From a virus (lineage: Duplodnaviria; Caudoviricetes), in IMG/VR virus record IMGVR_UViG_3300035126_000903, positions 32,001 through 96,000 of that record: a stretch of DNA of 64,000 nucleotides, one strand, 5' to 3'. Of this stretch, positions 1-8,144 are shown in pieces (the first letter of the stretch is position 1; each line of letters starts with the position of its first letter). A program made the position numbers and the translations under genes. The notes under the pieces are model-generated. The model did not search any database. It was not told the DNA's origin and saw only the letters and a list, made by a program, of their open reading frames with translations.

Positions 1-42
1 GTGGTAAGGTACTTCACATATACCCAACCGTTAGTGGTAATT

Positions 43-306
43 TTAATCTTTGTATCTTCTCCATACCGCAGAACCATCAATACCATCTTTCCACATTCCT
101 TCGTCATTTTCCTTAACAGTTTTGAAGAATTCTTTAACTAAATCCAACACTTCTTTTTTATCCATTTTTACACCTTCGTAATATACATCATCTCTTTGAT
201 TTCTGAAGAATTCTTCAAAACGATTAAAACTACCACTAACATCAGATATATGTAATTTTTTATTACTTTTATCTAAGTTTTGTTCTAATTTTTTATCTTC
301 TTCCAT
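43..306 (-). CDS. Hypothetical cassette protein; reads through R'' as DVSGS
   Basis: ORF track; bounded by GTTAGTGGTA/TACCACTAAC. Confidence 0.75.
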   Translation of the reverse strand: MEEDKKLEQNLDKSNKKLHISDVSGSFNRFEEFFRNQRDDVYYEGVKMDKKEVLDLVKEFFKTVKENDEGMWKDGIDGSAVWRRYKD

Positions 307-367
307 TTTGTTGAATTTTATGTTAAAACTACATATATCTGAGTATCGTTATAAACAATAAAAAACC

Positions 368-727
368 TTAAAGTGGTGGTTCTAAATTGTCTTTTATCTT
401 ATCATAAGATTCTTTAATCGCTTCGGATAATACTTGTTCGATAGGTTTTTTACTATTTATAACAACGGATATATGAAATAAAAAATTAATAGATTCTACA
501 AACTTTCTAATTTCTTCTTCTGATTTACATTCTCGTTGAACAACACAAAATTCACCCCTAACTACTTTACAAGTTTGGGTTTCTATGTTGTAATAAAGTA
601 TTGGTAATCTACAAGGGTTTCCACATATCTCTGTATCTTCTTCACCTAAAACCCAAACTTGTTTTCCAGTGAATACATCAAGTATCTCACTAAAACCTAA
701 TTCTGTTAAATTTTGTGTTGTTATCAT
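368..727 (-). CDS. Hypothetical cassette protein
   Basis: ORF track. Confidence 0.75.
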   Translation of the reverse strand: MITTQNLTELGFSEILDVFTGKQVWVLGEEDTEICGNPCRLPILYYNIETQTCKVVRGEFCVVQRECKSEEEIRKFVESINFLFHISVVINSKKPIEQVLSEAIKESYDKIKDNLEPPL

Positions 728-784
728 CGTTCTGATTATTAATTTTTTACATTCATATATCCGCAGCCGTTATGTGTAATTTAT

Positions 785-1036
785 TCAAAAATAATCACGT
801 TTAAGTTGTTCCTCTTTAATTAGAATCTCCCTTTGTTCTTTCATTTGACCAATTACTTCATCGAAATTTTTACTCATTTGTCTTTCAAACTGATTTTCAT
901 TTTGGTAATCTAATGACACTTCGTGTTTAACATCAAATCCGTTTTCTCGTAAAAATTTCTTCAATAAGAAAATTAAACGTGATTTTCCACTCATTGCTCT
1001 ACCAGATACGGTAATAATTAATTTTTCCTTTTCCAT
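785..1036 (-). CDS. Small protein with P-loop-like motif
   Basis: IITVSGRAMSGKS Walker A-like. Confidence 0.6.
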   Translation of the reverse strand: MEKEKLIITVSGRAMSGKSRLIFLLKKFLRENGFDVKHEVSLDYQNENQFERQMSKNFDEVIGQMKEQREILIKEEQLKRDYF

Positions 1037-1065
1037 TTTATATTTGTTTTGAGTTTAATATAATT

Positions 1066-1100
1066 AAATATAAGAAATAAATTTTGATTTTCCAAATTTT
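1066..1100 (-). promoter_or_regulatory. Bacteroidota sigma-A-type promoter (related copies near 24443-24478 and 25646-25680)
   Basis: Minus strand TTGG-N19-TATATTTA. Confidence 0.6.
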
Positions 1101-1126
1101 TTATCAGGTTAACTTAAACCTACACA

Positions 1127-1182
1127 AATACAACATACTGGTGGGATATAAGTGGGTGTAAACTTCACAAATAAACGAGTTA
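1127..1182 (+). repeat. Conserved attC right-arm repeat ATACTGGT..TATAAGTGGGTG(T/C)AAACTTCACAAATAA..AGTTA (copies ~2078-2125, 2390-2446, 24504-24560)
   Basis: Four near-identical copies, each ending at a GTTA core site; 1079-1182 is duplicated at 24457-24560. Confidence 0.85.
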
Positions 1183-1191
1183 TAAGTAATA

Positions 1192-1341
1192 TTATTTTTT
1201 AATTGGTTTCTTCTTGTTCTTTTTAGGTTTTTTACATTCATCAAGTTTAGTCCCAGCCACATATTCAGCCATTTCGGGTTCATTATTAAGAAACCAATTT
1301 ATTCGGTTTATTTTTTGTTCTTGTGTTAATTCTATATTCAT
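1192..1341 (-). CDS. Hypothetical protein (start revised to MNIELTQ)
   Basis: ORF track; the upstream extension lies in the attC region. Confidence 0.55.
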   Translation of the reverse strand: MNIELTQEQKINRINWFLNNEPEMAEYVAGTKLDECKKPKKNKKKPIKK

Positions 1342-1439
1342 TTTTATTAAATTTATTTTGTTAAAAAAATAATACATACACATAACAAAGTGTATAAGTA
1401 ATGTGGCTAATAAAGTTTATCTGTAAGTTATGTGTAATG

Positions 1440-1739
1440 TTACTCACCATTATACTTAAATTCAAACAACTTTGGTTTTAATGTATTACCAATTGGTTGA
1501 ACGATTGATAAATCACTTGATGTTTCTCCGTGAATAACTTTCATTAAACCAGGTATTCCATAATTCTCAAATGTTATTTCATACAAATCGCCAAAAAATG
1601 ATGTATCATTATTACTAATTGTATGTGTTACTTCTATAACATACTTTTTTGTAGTTATCAATGATTGTTGTAAATTAATAAACCAAAGTTGTGTTCCACT
1701 TGGTATCACATACTTATCTCCAATTTTTACTTTTTTCAT
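1440..1739 (-). CDS. Hypothetical cassette protein
   Basis: ORF track. Confidence 0.75.
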   Translation of the reverse strand: MKKVKIGDKYVIPSGTQLWFINLQQSLITTKKYVIEVTHTISNNDTSFFGDLYEITFENYGIPGLMKVIHGETSSDLSIVQPIGNTLKPKLFEFKYNGE

Positions 1740-1830
1740 ATTTCATTTCTTTAATTTTAACTTTTTAAAATTTGTGAGTTCATTACTCCATCAATATCCA
1801 AGAAAATAACTTTTTGCACAGGTTTTGGAT

Positions 1831-2025
1831 TTAACTAATGGTTCTTTCAAAAACAATGAGATAACCTCCTCTTAGATGACTGCCACCACCTGTTGATATA
1901 TGTCGTGCTGTTACAGATACAATCAACCAACCATCTTCCAAGATTTTATCTATTTTGTCTTGAACATCTTTGTAAGATTCATCATCAGGAGTCACCAATA
2001 CTTTTTGTTCTTTAAGTGCTATCAT
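1831..2025 (-). CDS. Hypothetical protein
   Basis: ORF track. Confidence 0.7.
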   Translation of the reverse strand: MIALKEQKVLVTPDDESYKDVQDKIDKILEDGWLIVSVTARHISTGGGSHLRGGYLIVFERTIS

Positions 2026-2134
2026 ATTATTTTTAATTTAATCGTTCAAAGATATGACCTACAAACTCACCCCTCTGATACTGGTAGAGTATAAGTGGGT
2101 GTAAACTTCACAAATAAGCGAGTTAGCAGCAATG

Positions 2135-2335
2135 CTATGACTGCAAGCCAACACCATATCGTTTAAACCCATATTTCGTAAGTGTATAGTATTCTCCGTG
2201 TTCATTCACCCATTGATTAGGTCTTACTTCAATTAATCCTATTAGCCTTGCAAGTGCATCATATAAAGCACTGCTGCTAACATCGTATTGCTGAACATTG
2301 CCAGCTTCATCGGTAATTTCAACTTTTACTTTCAT
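2135..2335 (-). CDS. Hypothetical cassette protein; reads through R'' as DVSSS (start revised)
   Basis: Bounded by GTTAGCAGCA/TGCTGCTAAC. Confidence 0.65.
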   Translation of the reverse strand: MKVKVEITDEAGNVQQYDVSSSALYDALARLIGLIEVRPNQWVNEHGEYYTLTKYGFKRYGVGLQS

Positions 2336-2443
2336 ATCAATATTTATTTTTATTAAACATTTGTCTTTCAATTTAACTTAATACTACACAAATACAACAT
2401 ACTGGTAGCGTATAAGTGGGTGCAAACTTCACAAATAAGCGAG

Positions 2444-2650
2444 TTAGCAGCCATAATCAGAACAGACCGTTTCAAAGTCGTTCATAACAGCATCTAACAA
2501 TTCCCATTTATCAGGATTACAACTTGTTGAACCTACCAGCAAAAATTGAATTGCTATATCGTGTTCAGTTGTATGTTGACCTTTTTCGGCAAATCTTAAT
2601 CTTTCTGATTTAAGTGCCTCAATCAATTTTTGTTTTCTTTCTTCGTTCAT
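2444..2650 (-). CDS. Hypothetical cassette protein (start revised to MNEERK)
   Basis: The ORF-track extension is a translation of the attC site. Confidence 0.7.
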   Translation of the reverse strand: MNEERKQKLIEALKSERLRFAEKGQHTTEHDIAIQFLLVGSTSCNPDKWELLDAVMNDFETVCSDYGC

Positions 2651-2679
2651 ATTTTTAGTATTAAATTTTACAAAATTAC

Positions 2680-2816
2680 GGCTGCTAACACACGTTTGGC
2701 GAAAGTGGCGGTTCAGTGCTCCGCAGACACATTTGTGGTTAATCAAACATTGGTTCTCCGCATCGGCTTTTGTGGTGAAAATCGCCACCTTCGCCGAGCG
2801 TGGGAACATTATGTGC
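2680..2816 (+). repeat. Full-length Bacteroidota-type attC site
   Basis: GGCTGCTAAC-ACACG-TTTGGCGAAAGTGGCG...CGCCACCTTCGCCGAG-CGTGGGAAC-ATTATGTGC; GC-rich imperfect palindrome. Confidence 0.8.
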
Positions 2817-2820
2817 AAGG

Positions 2821-3021
2821 CTACAATTCGTACTTTGAATAAAAGGCAACCTCACCATCATTTACCCATTGGTCAATTAAGTCGCTAACATCATTAATGT
2901 ATTGTTCATTTTTACCTGCTAATTTAGTTGCTTTTAGATTTTCCCAAAATTCACCACTAAATTCATCCATATTATTCATGTAGTGAACAACAATTTCAAG
3001 TTTCTCTTTTAAGTTTTCCAT
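2821..3021 (-). CDS. Hypothetical cassette protein
   Basis: ORF track. Confidence 0.7.
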   Translation of the reverse strand: MENLKEKLEIVVHYMNNMDEFSGEFWENLKATKLAGKNEQYINDVSDLIDQWVNDGEVAFYSKYEL

Positions 3022-3114
3022 TTCGTATTTAAATTAAATTTTGTGGTTAATGAAAAGTCAGTGCATTTAAGCCTCCACTGACAGCAAGCGGCAAAACGTT
3101 AGTGATAATAAAAA

Positions 3115-3360
3115 TTAAATCAATCCTTGTTTCTTTAACATATTTACGATTGCCTTTGCTGCTGCCTTAACTGAATCAGGGTCTGTTTCCATATCACCCT
3201 CTTTCATAGAATAAGGCACATATCGTAAATATACTTCACTATCAATTATATCTTTAATCATATCAATAAGTTCTTGCTCATTTTTACTATCACTAACATC
3301 AGATATATTCAAGTTTTCTTGATGTTCATTGAGACTTTGTATGTGTTTTAAATCTTTCAT
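3115..3360 (-). CDS. Cassette protein with capsid-targeting-like leader (MKDLKHIQSLNE) and DVSDS read-through
   Basis: Bounded by GTTAGTGATA/TATCACTAAC. Confidence 0.7.
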   Translation of the reverse strand: MKDLKHIQSLNEHQENLNISDVSDSKNEQELIDMIKDIIDSEVYLRYVPYSMKEGDMETDPDSVKAAAKAIVNMLKKQGLI

Positions 3361-3369
3361 CTTCGTAAA

Positions 3370-3561
3370 TTAGTTTTTAGCTAAACTAAGAATATAATCA
3401 GCATCATTTTGTGTTGATATTTTCCCCTTTATTAGTAATTTATCATAACCTGTATAAAGTTCCCATTTATCATCATACAACAAAACATAATGTTCTCCGT
3501 TTGATTTATAACCCCCAACATATGCCCCCTTTTTTAATACGATTAATTTTTTCATATTCAT
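3370..3561 (-). CDS. Hypothetical protein
   Basis: ORF directly downstream of promoter repeat. Confidence 0.7.
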   Translation of the reverse strand: MNMKKLIVLKKGAYVGGYKSNGEHYVLLYDDKWELYTGYDKLLIKGKISTQNDADYILSLAKN

Positions 3562-3569
3562 TTTTTTAA

Positions 3570-3627
3570 CTTACATAGTAAAGATACAACAGAAAACCCA
3601 TATTTCCAAGCTTTCAATATTAAATTA
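3570..3627 (-). promoter_or_regulatory. Repeated ~60-bp phage early promoter (copies at ~7060, 8063, 8997, 9613, 9778, 36604; variants ~34795, 44036)
   Basis: Minus consensus AAAGCTTGGAAATATGGGTTTTCTGTTGTATCTTTACTATGTAAG = TTGG-N19-TATCTTTA, mostly 6-15 nt before an ATG. Confidence 0.8.
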
Positions 3628-3646
3628 TCGTTAAATTTATCCACAT

Positions 3647-4147
3647 TTATTTACACACCAAATGCCTCTTTACCTTTTTCTTTACTACACCCCCCACAAT
3701 AATATCATAATCCTTATTATCCATCACCCAGTCCAAATCAATCGTTGTAGCATAGTACGAACCCGAAGATGAAGATTTCCAATCCCCCTTCAGTAAACTC
3801 GTCCACATAAAAAACCACTTTATCCCACCACCACTATCATCGTATGATACTAAAAGATAATCCGAAGCACGCTTTGAATACTCACCACCCCTCCAAATAT
3901 GGGTAGTTTTTGAGGTCTTAATCTCCAATGGAATACCACCAACCACCAAATCCGGTTCGGAATCCAGACGGGGCGAAACGCATTGCGGAACAACTTTGGC
4001 AAACGAAGCCTCCAATATATTCGATATCAACTCCGATTTTAATTTCGTTGATAGTGAATCGTAATCCACTAACCCCCTAAATGTATAAAACCGATTGGTG
4101 GCCTCCCCCACCACATCATTAATCCATAATCGTATCGTTTCGTTCAT
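3647..4147 (-). CDS. PD-(D/E)xK restriction endonuclease-like protein
   Basis: EPDLVVGGIPLEIKT motif. Confidence 0.55.
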   Translation of the reverse strand: MNETIRLWINDVVGEATNRFYTFRGLVDYDSLSTKLKSELISNILEASFAKVVPQCVSPRLDSEPDLVVGGIPLEIKTSKTTHIWRGGEYSKRASDYLLVSYDDSGGGIKWFFMWTSLLKGDWKSSSSGSYYATTIDLDWVMDNKDYDIIVGGVVKKKVKRHLVCK

Positions 4148-4459
4148 TCTTTACTAAATATTATTTGTTTTGATTATTATGAGTGCGATTATCATAGGTG
4201 CGCTTATCAAGGGAAAATAGTGCTTATCGTATGTTCAAGGGGAGAAGCTATGGTCGAAAACCTGACCTCTCGATGGGGATGAGTCCCCTCCCATAACACA
4301 ACATAAATTATTTTCGTGCTTACACTAAAATGCCTGCCCCCCCCTGTCTTATAACATAACCCTTCTCACTAACACCATTCGGATTTTTTTTACCAAACTA
4401 GCCTCCTTCAGGCCTACCACTTTTTGGGTTGTGTTATATTTGAGTTGAGCTATATTTGG

Positions 4460-4684
4460 TTACAGCCCTTTCCACTTTTTGGAATTCGCAACTGCTCCCA
4501 TCCTCATATACTCCATTCTACACCATTCCGTTGGTGATATATCGGATTGTGTGATACGCATGATATTTGGGTTGTGTTCTAACCCTAATACTTTTGGGTT
4601 ACTATCTACAGGTTTATAGATAAAGTCATGTGGGGAGAATGCTTTTTTACTATTTTGCGTTTTTTTGTTGAAAAGGTTTAACAT
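4460..4684 (-). CDS. Hypothetical protein
   Basis: ORF track. Confidence 0.6.
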   Translation of the reverse strand: MLNLFNKKTQNSKKAFSPHDFIYKPVDSNPKVLGLEHNPNIMRITQSDISPTEWCRMEYMRMGAVANSKKWKGL

Positions 4685-4777
4685 AGGTGTTATTTTTTAT
4701 TGCTGATATTTTTTTTGTTTATTTCATCCAAAATCCGGACTGCTTCATCCTCATACACCCAACCGTTAGGCACAATA

Positions 4778-5083
4778 CTAAGACTGTACCCATTCACAAT
4801 CAAATTCTTGACAAAGATTTATAAATGCTTGTTTTTCACTTCCACATTCGTTGATGTATTTTTCAGAAACACAACCAAAATCACCACCATTTCTTGTCCA
4901 CTCAATACCATACTTAGTTCTTTCAATCCAACAAATGTGTTTCCCTCTTTTATCAGCATCATCAATAAAACAGATAGGTTTCTGTTTGTCAAGAATTAAA
5001 CTATAAAGTTGTTCGTAATCTTTAGATAATTTATACATACTATCGTATTGCTTCAAATCGCTTAATTTAATTTCGTTTTTCAT
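4778..5083 (-). CDS. Hypothetical protein
   Basis: ORF track. Confidence 0.7.
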   Translation of the reverse strand: MKNEIKLSDLKQYDSMYKLSKDYEQLYSLILDKQKPICFIDDADKRGKHICWIERTKYGIEWTRNGGDFGCVSEKYINECGSEKQAFINLCQEFDCEWVQS

Positions 5084-5099
5084 ATTATTTAATTTTTTG

Positions 5100-5199
5100 C
5101 AGTCAGGACAGGATTCGAACCTGTATGTGGTAATCCTTTCAGATATTTCTCACTTACGTTTTTGCCGTATTAGCGTCTAACCAATTCCGCCACCTGACT
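5100..5199 (-). ncRNA. tRNA-Leu-like element 1, non-canonical anticodon arm
   Basis: AGTCAGG/CCTGACT acceptor, TGGCGGAATTGGTTAGACGC D-arm, ACAGG-TTCGAAT-CCTGT T-arm; best loop GCAAAAA lacks U33. Confidence 0.75.
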
Positions 5200-5207
5200 A
5201 AAATTTG

Positions 5208-5396
5208 TTAAGGCCATTTTAAATCGGGTGACTTATTGTCATCTTGAAACTCCCAATAAGTATCACCAAGTATTTGATCCACCTCGTCTGATGTATTTTC
5301 AAATGCGTCAAAAATAACTTGCATCACTTCCTTTTCGGTTACATTTAGAATTTTAGCAATTCCAATAATGTGGTCTTCTAATGGTAAATCTCTCAT
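5208..5396 (-). CDS. Hypothetical protein between tRNA-like elements
   Basis: ORF track. Confidence 0.7.
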   Translation of the reverse strand: MRDLPLEDHIIGIAKILNVTEKEVMQVIFDAFENTSDEVDQILGDTYWEFQDDNKSPDLKWP

Positions 5397-5432
5397 TTCG
5401 TTTTAAAATTAATCCGGTTTATAATTGTTTTG

Positions 5433-5535
5433 CAGTCAGGACAGGATTCGAACCTGCAAAGTATGGTGAGTTCATCCGTTGTACCCATACCTTTAACATT
5501 ACTACTCAAGCGTCTAACCATTCCGCCACCTGACT
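5433..5535 (-). ncRNA. tRNA-Leu-like element 2, no anticodon arm
   Basis: Same acceptor/D/T arms; centre forms an unrelated AAAGGTATGG/CCATACTTT hairpin. Confidence 0.75.
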
Positions 5536-5590
5536 ATAAATGAAGGTTCCATACTTAGTCTTTGCGGGAAGTCACCTCCAACCCACCTCG

Positions 5591-5688
5591 TAGTCAGGAC
5601 AGGATTCGAACCTGTAAGTACCGACTGGGCTTATTTCTGTTTTAAATGCATCGCCTGTCCAGTGCGTCTACCATAACGCCACCTGACT
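5591..5688 (-). ncRNA. tRNA-like element 3, anticodon stem closing a ~30-nt loop
   Basis: Same acceptor and T-arm; ACTGG/CCAGT stem with expanded loop. Confidence 0.75.
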
Positions 5689-5692
5689 ATGT

Positions 5693-5884
5693 TTACTCTT
5701 TAATCAATTTTTTATACGCCTTATCAGTTCCAAGACCCATCATATCAATATTTTTTCCTTGGTCGTACCATTCAGTTTTAATCCAGTTGTCATCATGATA
5801 CCAAGTTTCCCAACCATTTTCACGAAGTAATTTAGATTTTTCTTCGTAGTTTTCAATTTCGTGTTTTTGTTTTAATAGTGCCAT
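5693..5884 (-). CDS. Hypothetical protein
   Basis: ORF track. Confidence 0.7.
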   Translation of the reverse strand: MALLKQKHEIENYEEKSKLLRENGWETWYHDDNWIKTEWYDQGKNIDMMGLGTDKAYKKLIKE

Positions 5885-5971
5885 GTATTTTATATTTGTA
5901 GTCAGTATTCGATTAACTTTTTACGTAATTCATCATTTCAACCATTTCACAACAAATAAATGAAATAATTT

Positions 5972-6280
5972 TTAATAATGAACAAAGTTGAACTCGTCAT
6001 TCAAATCAACAAAATATCCATTATCCTGTGCATTTTTAACTATTTCCATAATATCCTTTGTTTGTGCATACCATCTTTCATAAGAATTAATATCACCATT
6101 CAATACTTTATCTGTTCCTGGAATCATAACTGCCTCATCATTATCAATTGTGTTTGCAGTTTCTCCATCAATTAAAAATGCACAAATATCACCATCAGCA
6201 TCAGTTAGTTTAACTAAATATGCATTCTTATTTTGTTGATTTTCATTCACTTTTTCGTTAAAATTAAGTATGGGTTTCAT
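5972..6280 (-). CDS. Hypothetical protein with capsid-targeting-like leader (MKPILNFNEKVNE)
   Basis: ORF track; leader resembles T4 CTS MKTYQEFIAE. Confidence 0.7.
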   Translation of the reverse strand: MKPILNFNEKVNENQQNKNAYLVKLTDADGDICAFLIDGETANTIDNDEAVMIPGTDKVLNGDINSYERWYAQTKDIMEIVKNAQDNGYFVDLNDEFNFVHY

Positions 6281-6320
6281 AGTCGTTTTTTATTTGTTTT
6301 GCTTTTAGTTGATTTGATTT

Positions 6321-6340
6321 GCAGTCAGGACAGGAATCGA
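6321..6340 (-). pseudogene. 3' remnant of tRNA-like element (shorter remnant at ~5899-5912)
   Basis: TCGATTCCTGTCCTGACTGC fused to the stop codon of 6341..6547. Confidence 0.65.
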
Positions 6341-6547
6341 TTAACTTTTTACGTAATTCATCATTTCCACCATTTTCTGAATCAACAATTCCATTTCATC
6401 TTTGTTAAGATACAACTTACCATTCAATGTTTTATCGTCCAACTCTTTTGTTTCAACTATAATGCCATCAAACTCATCTGTCGGATAAATGCTTACGTTT
6501 TGTTCTTCAGTTGCAATAACTGTTTTGTTCCAAACTTTGTTTTTCAT
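6341..6547 (-). CDS. Hypothetical protein
   Basis: ORF track. Confidence 0.7.
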   Translation of the reverse strand: MKNKVWNKTVIATEEQNVSIYPTDEFDGIIVETKELDDKTLNGKLYLNKDEMELLIQKMVEMMNYVKS

Positions 6548-6578
6548 TTGTTTTGTTTTTAATTTGTTAATTTGTTTG

Positions 6579-6658
6579 TAGTCAGTACAGGATTCGAACC
6601 CGTAATATCAGCTTGCTTATTAGGCTTGCTTCTGCGCTACCAATTCCGCCACCTGACT
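6579..6658 (-). ncRNA. tRNA-like element 4, degenerate anticodon arm
   Basis: Acceptor with one mismatch, D-arm, T-arm; only 2 bp around a CTAATAA loop. Confidence 0.7.
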
Positions 6659-6664
6659 GTTTTG

Positions 6665-6802
6665 TTATTTTAAAGTTTGGATTATGCTCAGTATTCCACT
6701 AACTATTAACATTGAAATCAAAATATAACCCAATGTAAGTGGAATGGATATCCCCGGGTCAATCCAAAAATCATGCCAAATTGTTTTTAACTTATTTTTC
6801 AT
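6665..6802 (-). CDS. Small membrane protein (not in ORF track)
   Basis: MKNKLKTIWHDFWIDPGISIPLTLGYILISMLIVVGILSIIQTLK. Confidence 0.55.
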   Translation of the reverse strand: MKNKLKTIWHDFWIDPGISIPLTLGYILISMLIVSGILSIIQTLK

Positions 6803-6814
6803 TTGTTTTTAATT

Positions 6815-7051
6815 TTAAAATCCCATTTCTCTTTGTAAATCGTACCTCTCCTTTTCCACCTCAGAATAAACATTAAGATTTAAATAAGTGTTGTGCCAAG
6901 AATTATGAATTAGGTTTTTAGCCTCTTCGGCATCCCATGCTTTACAAAACTCATACTCTTCTTGAGTAAGAACTTCTTTGTTAAACATCAACTGATTAAA
7001 AAGTGCCAAATTTTGTACTGCCTGGTGTATTTCTTTCTGATTCATATCCAT
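6815..7051 (-). CDS. Hypothetical protein
   Basis: ORF downstream of promoter repeat. Confidence 0.7.
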   Translation of the reverse strand: MDMNQKEIHQAVQNLALFNQLMFNKEVLTQEEYEFCKAWDAEEAKNLIHNSWHNTYLNLNVYSEVEKERYDLQREMGF

Positions 7052-7104
7052 TTCTTTATCTTACATAGTAAAGATAGGTATAAATCCCCATATTTCCAAG
7101 CTTT

Positions 7105-7443
7105 CTATATTAAATTTGCGTTAATTTTTAGTTCTTCAATTAGTTTTCCGTTTTTCCATAGATAGGTTTCGATGATGTTTCCTTGTTTATCAAACAACTC
7201 CTCAATTCCATCCTCCTTACCCTCTTTGAACGGAATTCTCATACGGATGTTTCCGTTTGGATAGAACCACTCAGCAATTCCATCTTCCTTACCACCTTTG
7301 AATGGGGTTCTATATTTGATGTTACCGTCCTCATAGAACACCTCCCAAATACCTTCTTCTTGTCCTTTGGAATTCCGTTGTCCTTTGACATACACATTCC
7401 CGTTGGGGTGATATTCAATGTGGGGTGTGAGTTCGTTGGTCAT
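7105..7443 (-). CDS. MORN-variant (YwqK-like) repeat protein
   Basis: Y.NGN....G......G.W..FY.DG repeats. Confidence 0.85.
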   Translation of the reverse strand: MTNELTPHIEYHPNGNVYVKGQRNSKGQEEGIWEVFYEDGNIKYRTPFKGGKEDGIAEWFYPNGNIRMRIPFKEGKEDGIEELFDKQGNIIETYLWKNGKLIEELKINANLI

Positions 7444-7448
7444 AACTT

Positions 7449-7757
7449 TTATTCATTAATAATTGTGTATTCTGAGGCTTCTAATAAATCCAGTATATGT
7501 GCTATCTCATAAAGGTCTAATGTTTCTAATGAAATTTCATCTTCATCAATCCCAGGAACACCCAACAGCGTTCCATCGGATGATAAACCCCCAACCGAAT
7601 ATGGTATTCTTGACTCATCATCATAAATATCCTCTGTTACCCATATTCTAAATGGGGTTTTGAATTGAATGGCTTCAATTTTATTCTCCTCCAATATTCT
7701 TTTAATTTCAGCAATAAAACCTCGGTATATTAACTGTACTGTATCCGTATTTGTCAT
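7449..7757 (-). CDS. Hypothetical protein
   Basis: ORF track. Confidence 0.7.
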   Translation of the reverse strand: MTNTDTVQLIYRGFIAEIKRILEENKIEAIQFKTPFRIWVTEDIYDDESRIPYSVGGLSSDGTLLGVPGIDEDEISLETLDLYEIAHILDLLEASEYTIINE

Positions 7758-7778
7758 AACTTTTATTTTAGTAGTTTA

Positions 7779-8057
7779 TTATTTAATTCCAGCCCATGCG
7801 TGTGTCCTATAAATGGTCATCGGTCCAACCATTAAAGTAGAAACCTTACATTCCATTTCCTTATATAACTGAGAGTAGATATAAGAACGGAGTTGTTCAC
7901 ACGAATAGTATGTACCACTACCCACAGTATGGGGTTTACAAAAGGTTTCGATTATCGAACTGAGCGTTGGTTTACAAACAGTTATGGAAAGATAATCAAG
8001 AACATCATTACGCAACATCCAGTCGCCGGGAGGAAGGGAATTTTTCATATTTCTCAT
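7779..8057 (-). CDS. Hypothetical protein
   Basis: ORF downstream of promoter repeat. Confidence 0.65.
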   Translation of the reverse strand: MRNMKNSLPPGDWMLRNDVLDYLSITVCKPTLSSIIETFCKPHTVGSGTYYSCEQLRSYIYSQLYKEMECKVSTLMVGPMTIYRTHAWAGIK

Positions 8058-8144
8058 TTTGTCTTACATAGTAAAGATACTACAAAAAACCCATATTTCC
8101 AAGCTTTCTATATTAAATTTAGGTTAAATTTTATTAAAATACGA

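Larger units (their letters stand above)
1..3360 (+). mobile_element. Integron-like gene cassette array without integrase in the window (CALIN-like); attC top strand is +, genes on -; continues past the left edge
   Basis: GTTA core sites at 30, 348, 769, 1179, 1427, 2122, 2443, 2808 (ATT variant), 3098. Cassette-matched inverse cores at 231, 2272, 2680, 3288. Confidence 0.75.

Noticed and set aside
1127-2446. CRISPR array from the TATAAGTGGGTGTAAACTTCAC repeat
   Set aside because: Spacing is irregular (hundreds of bp to kb), the intervals are whole genes, and each copy ends in an attC core site.
5100-6658. Functional decoding tRNAs (Leu/Ile/Phe)
   Set aside because: No canonical anticodon stem-loop could be drawn, so they are reported as tRNA-like ncRNAs.
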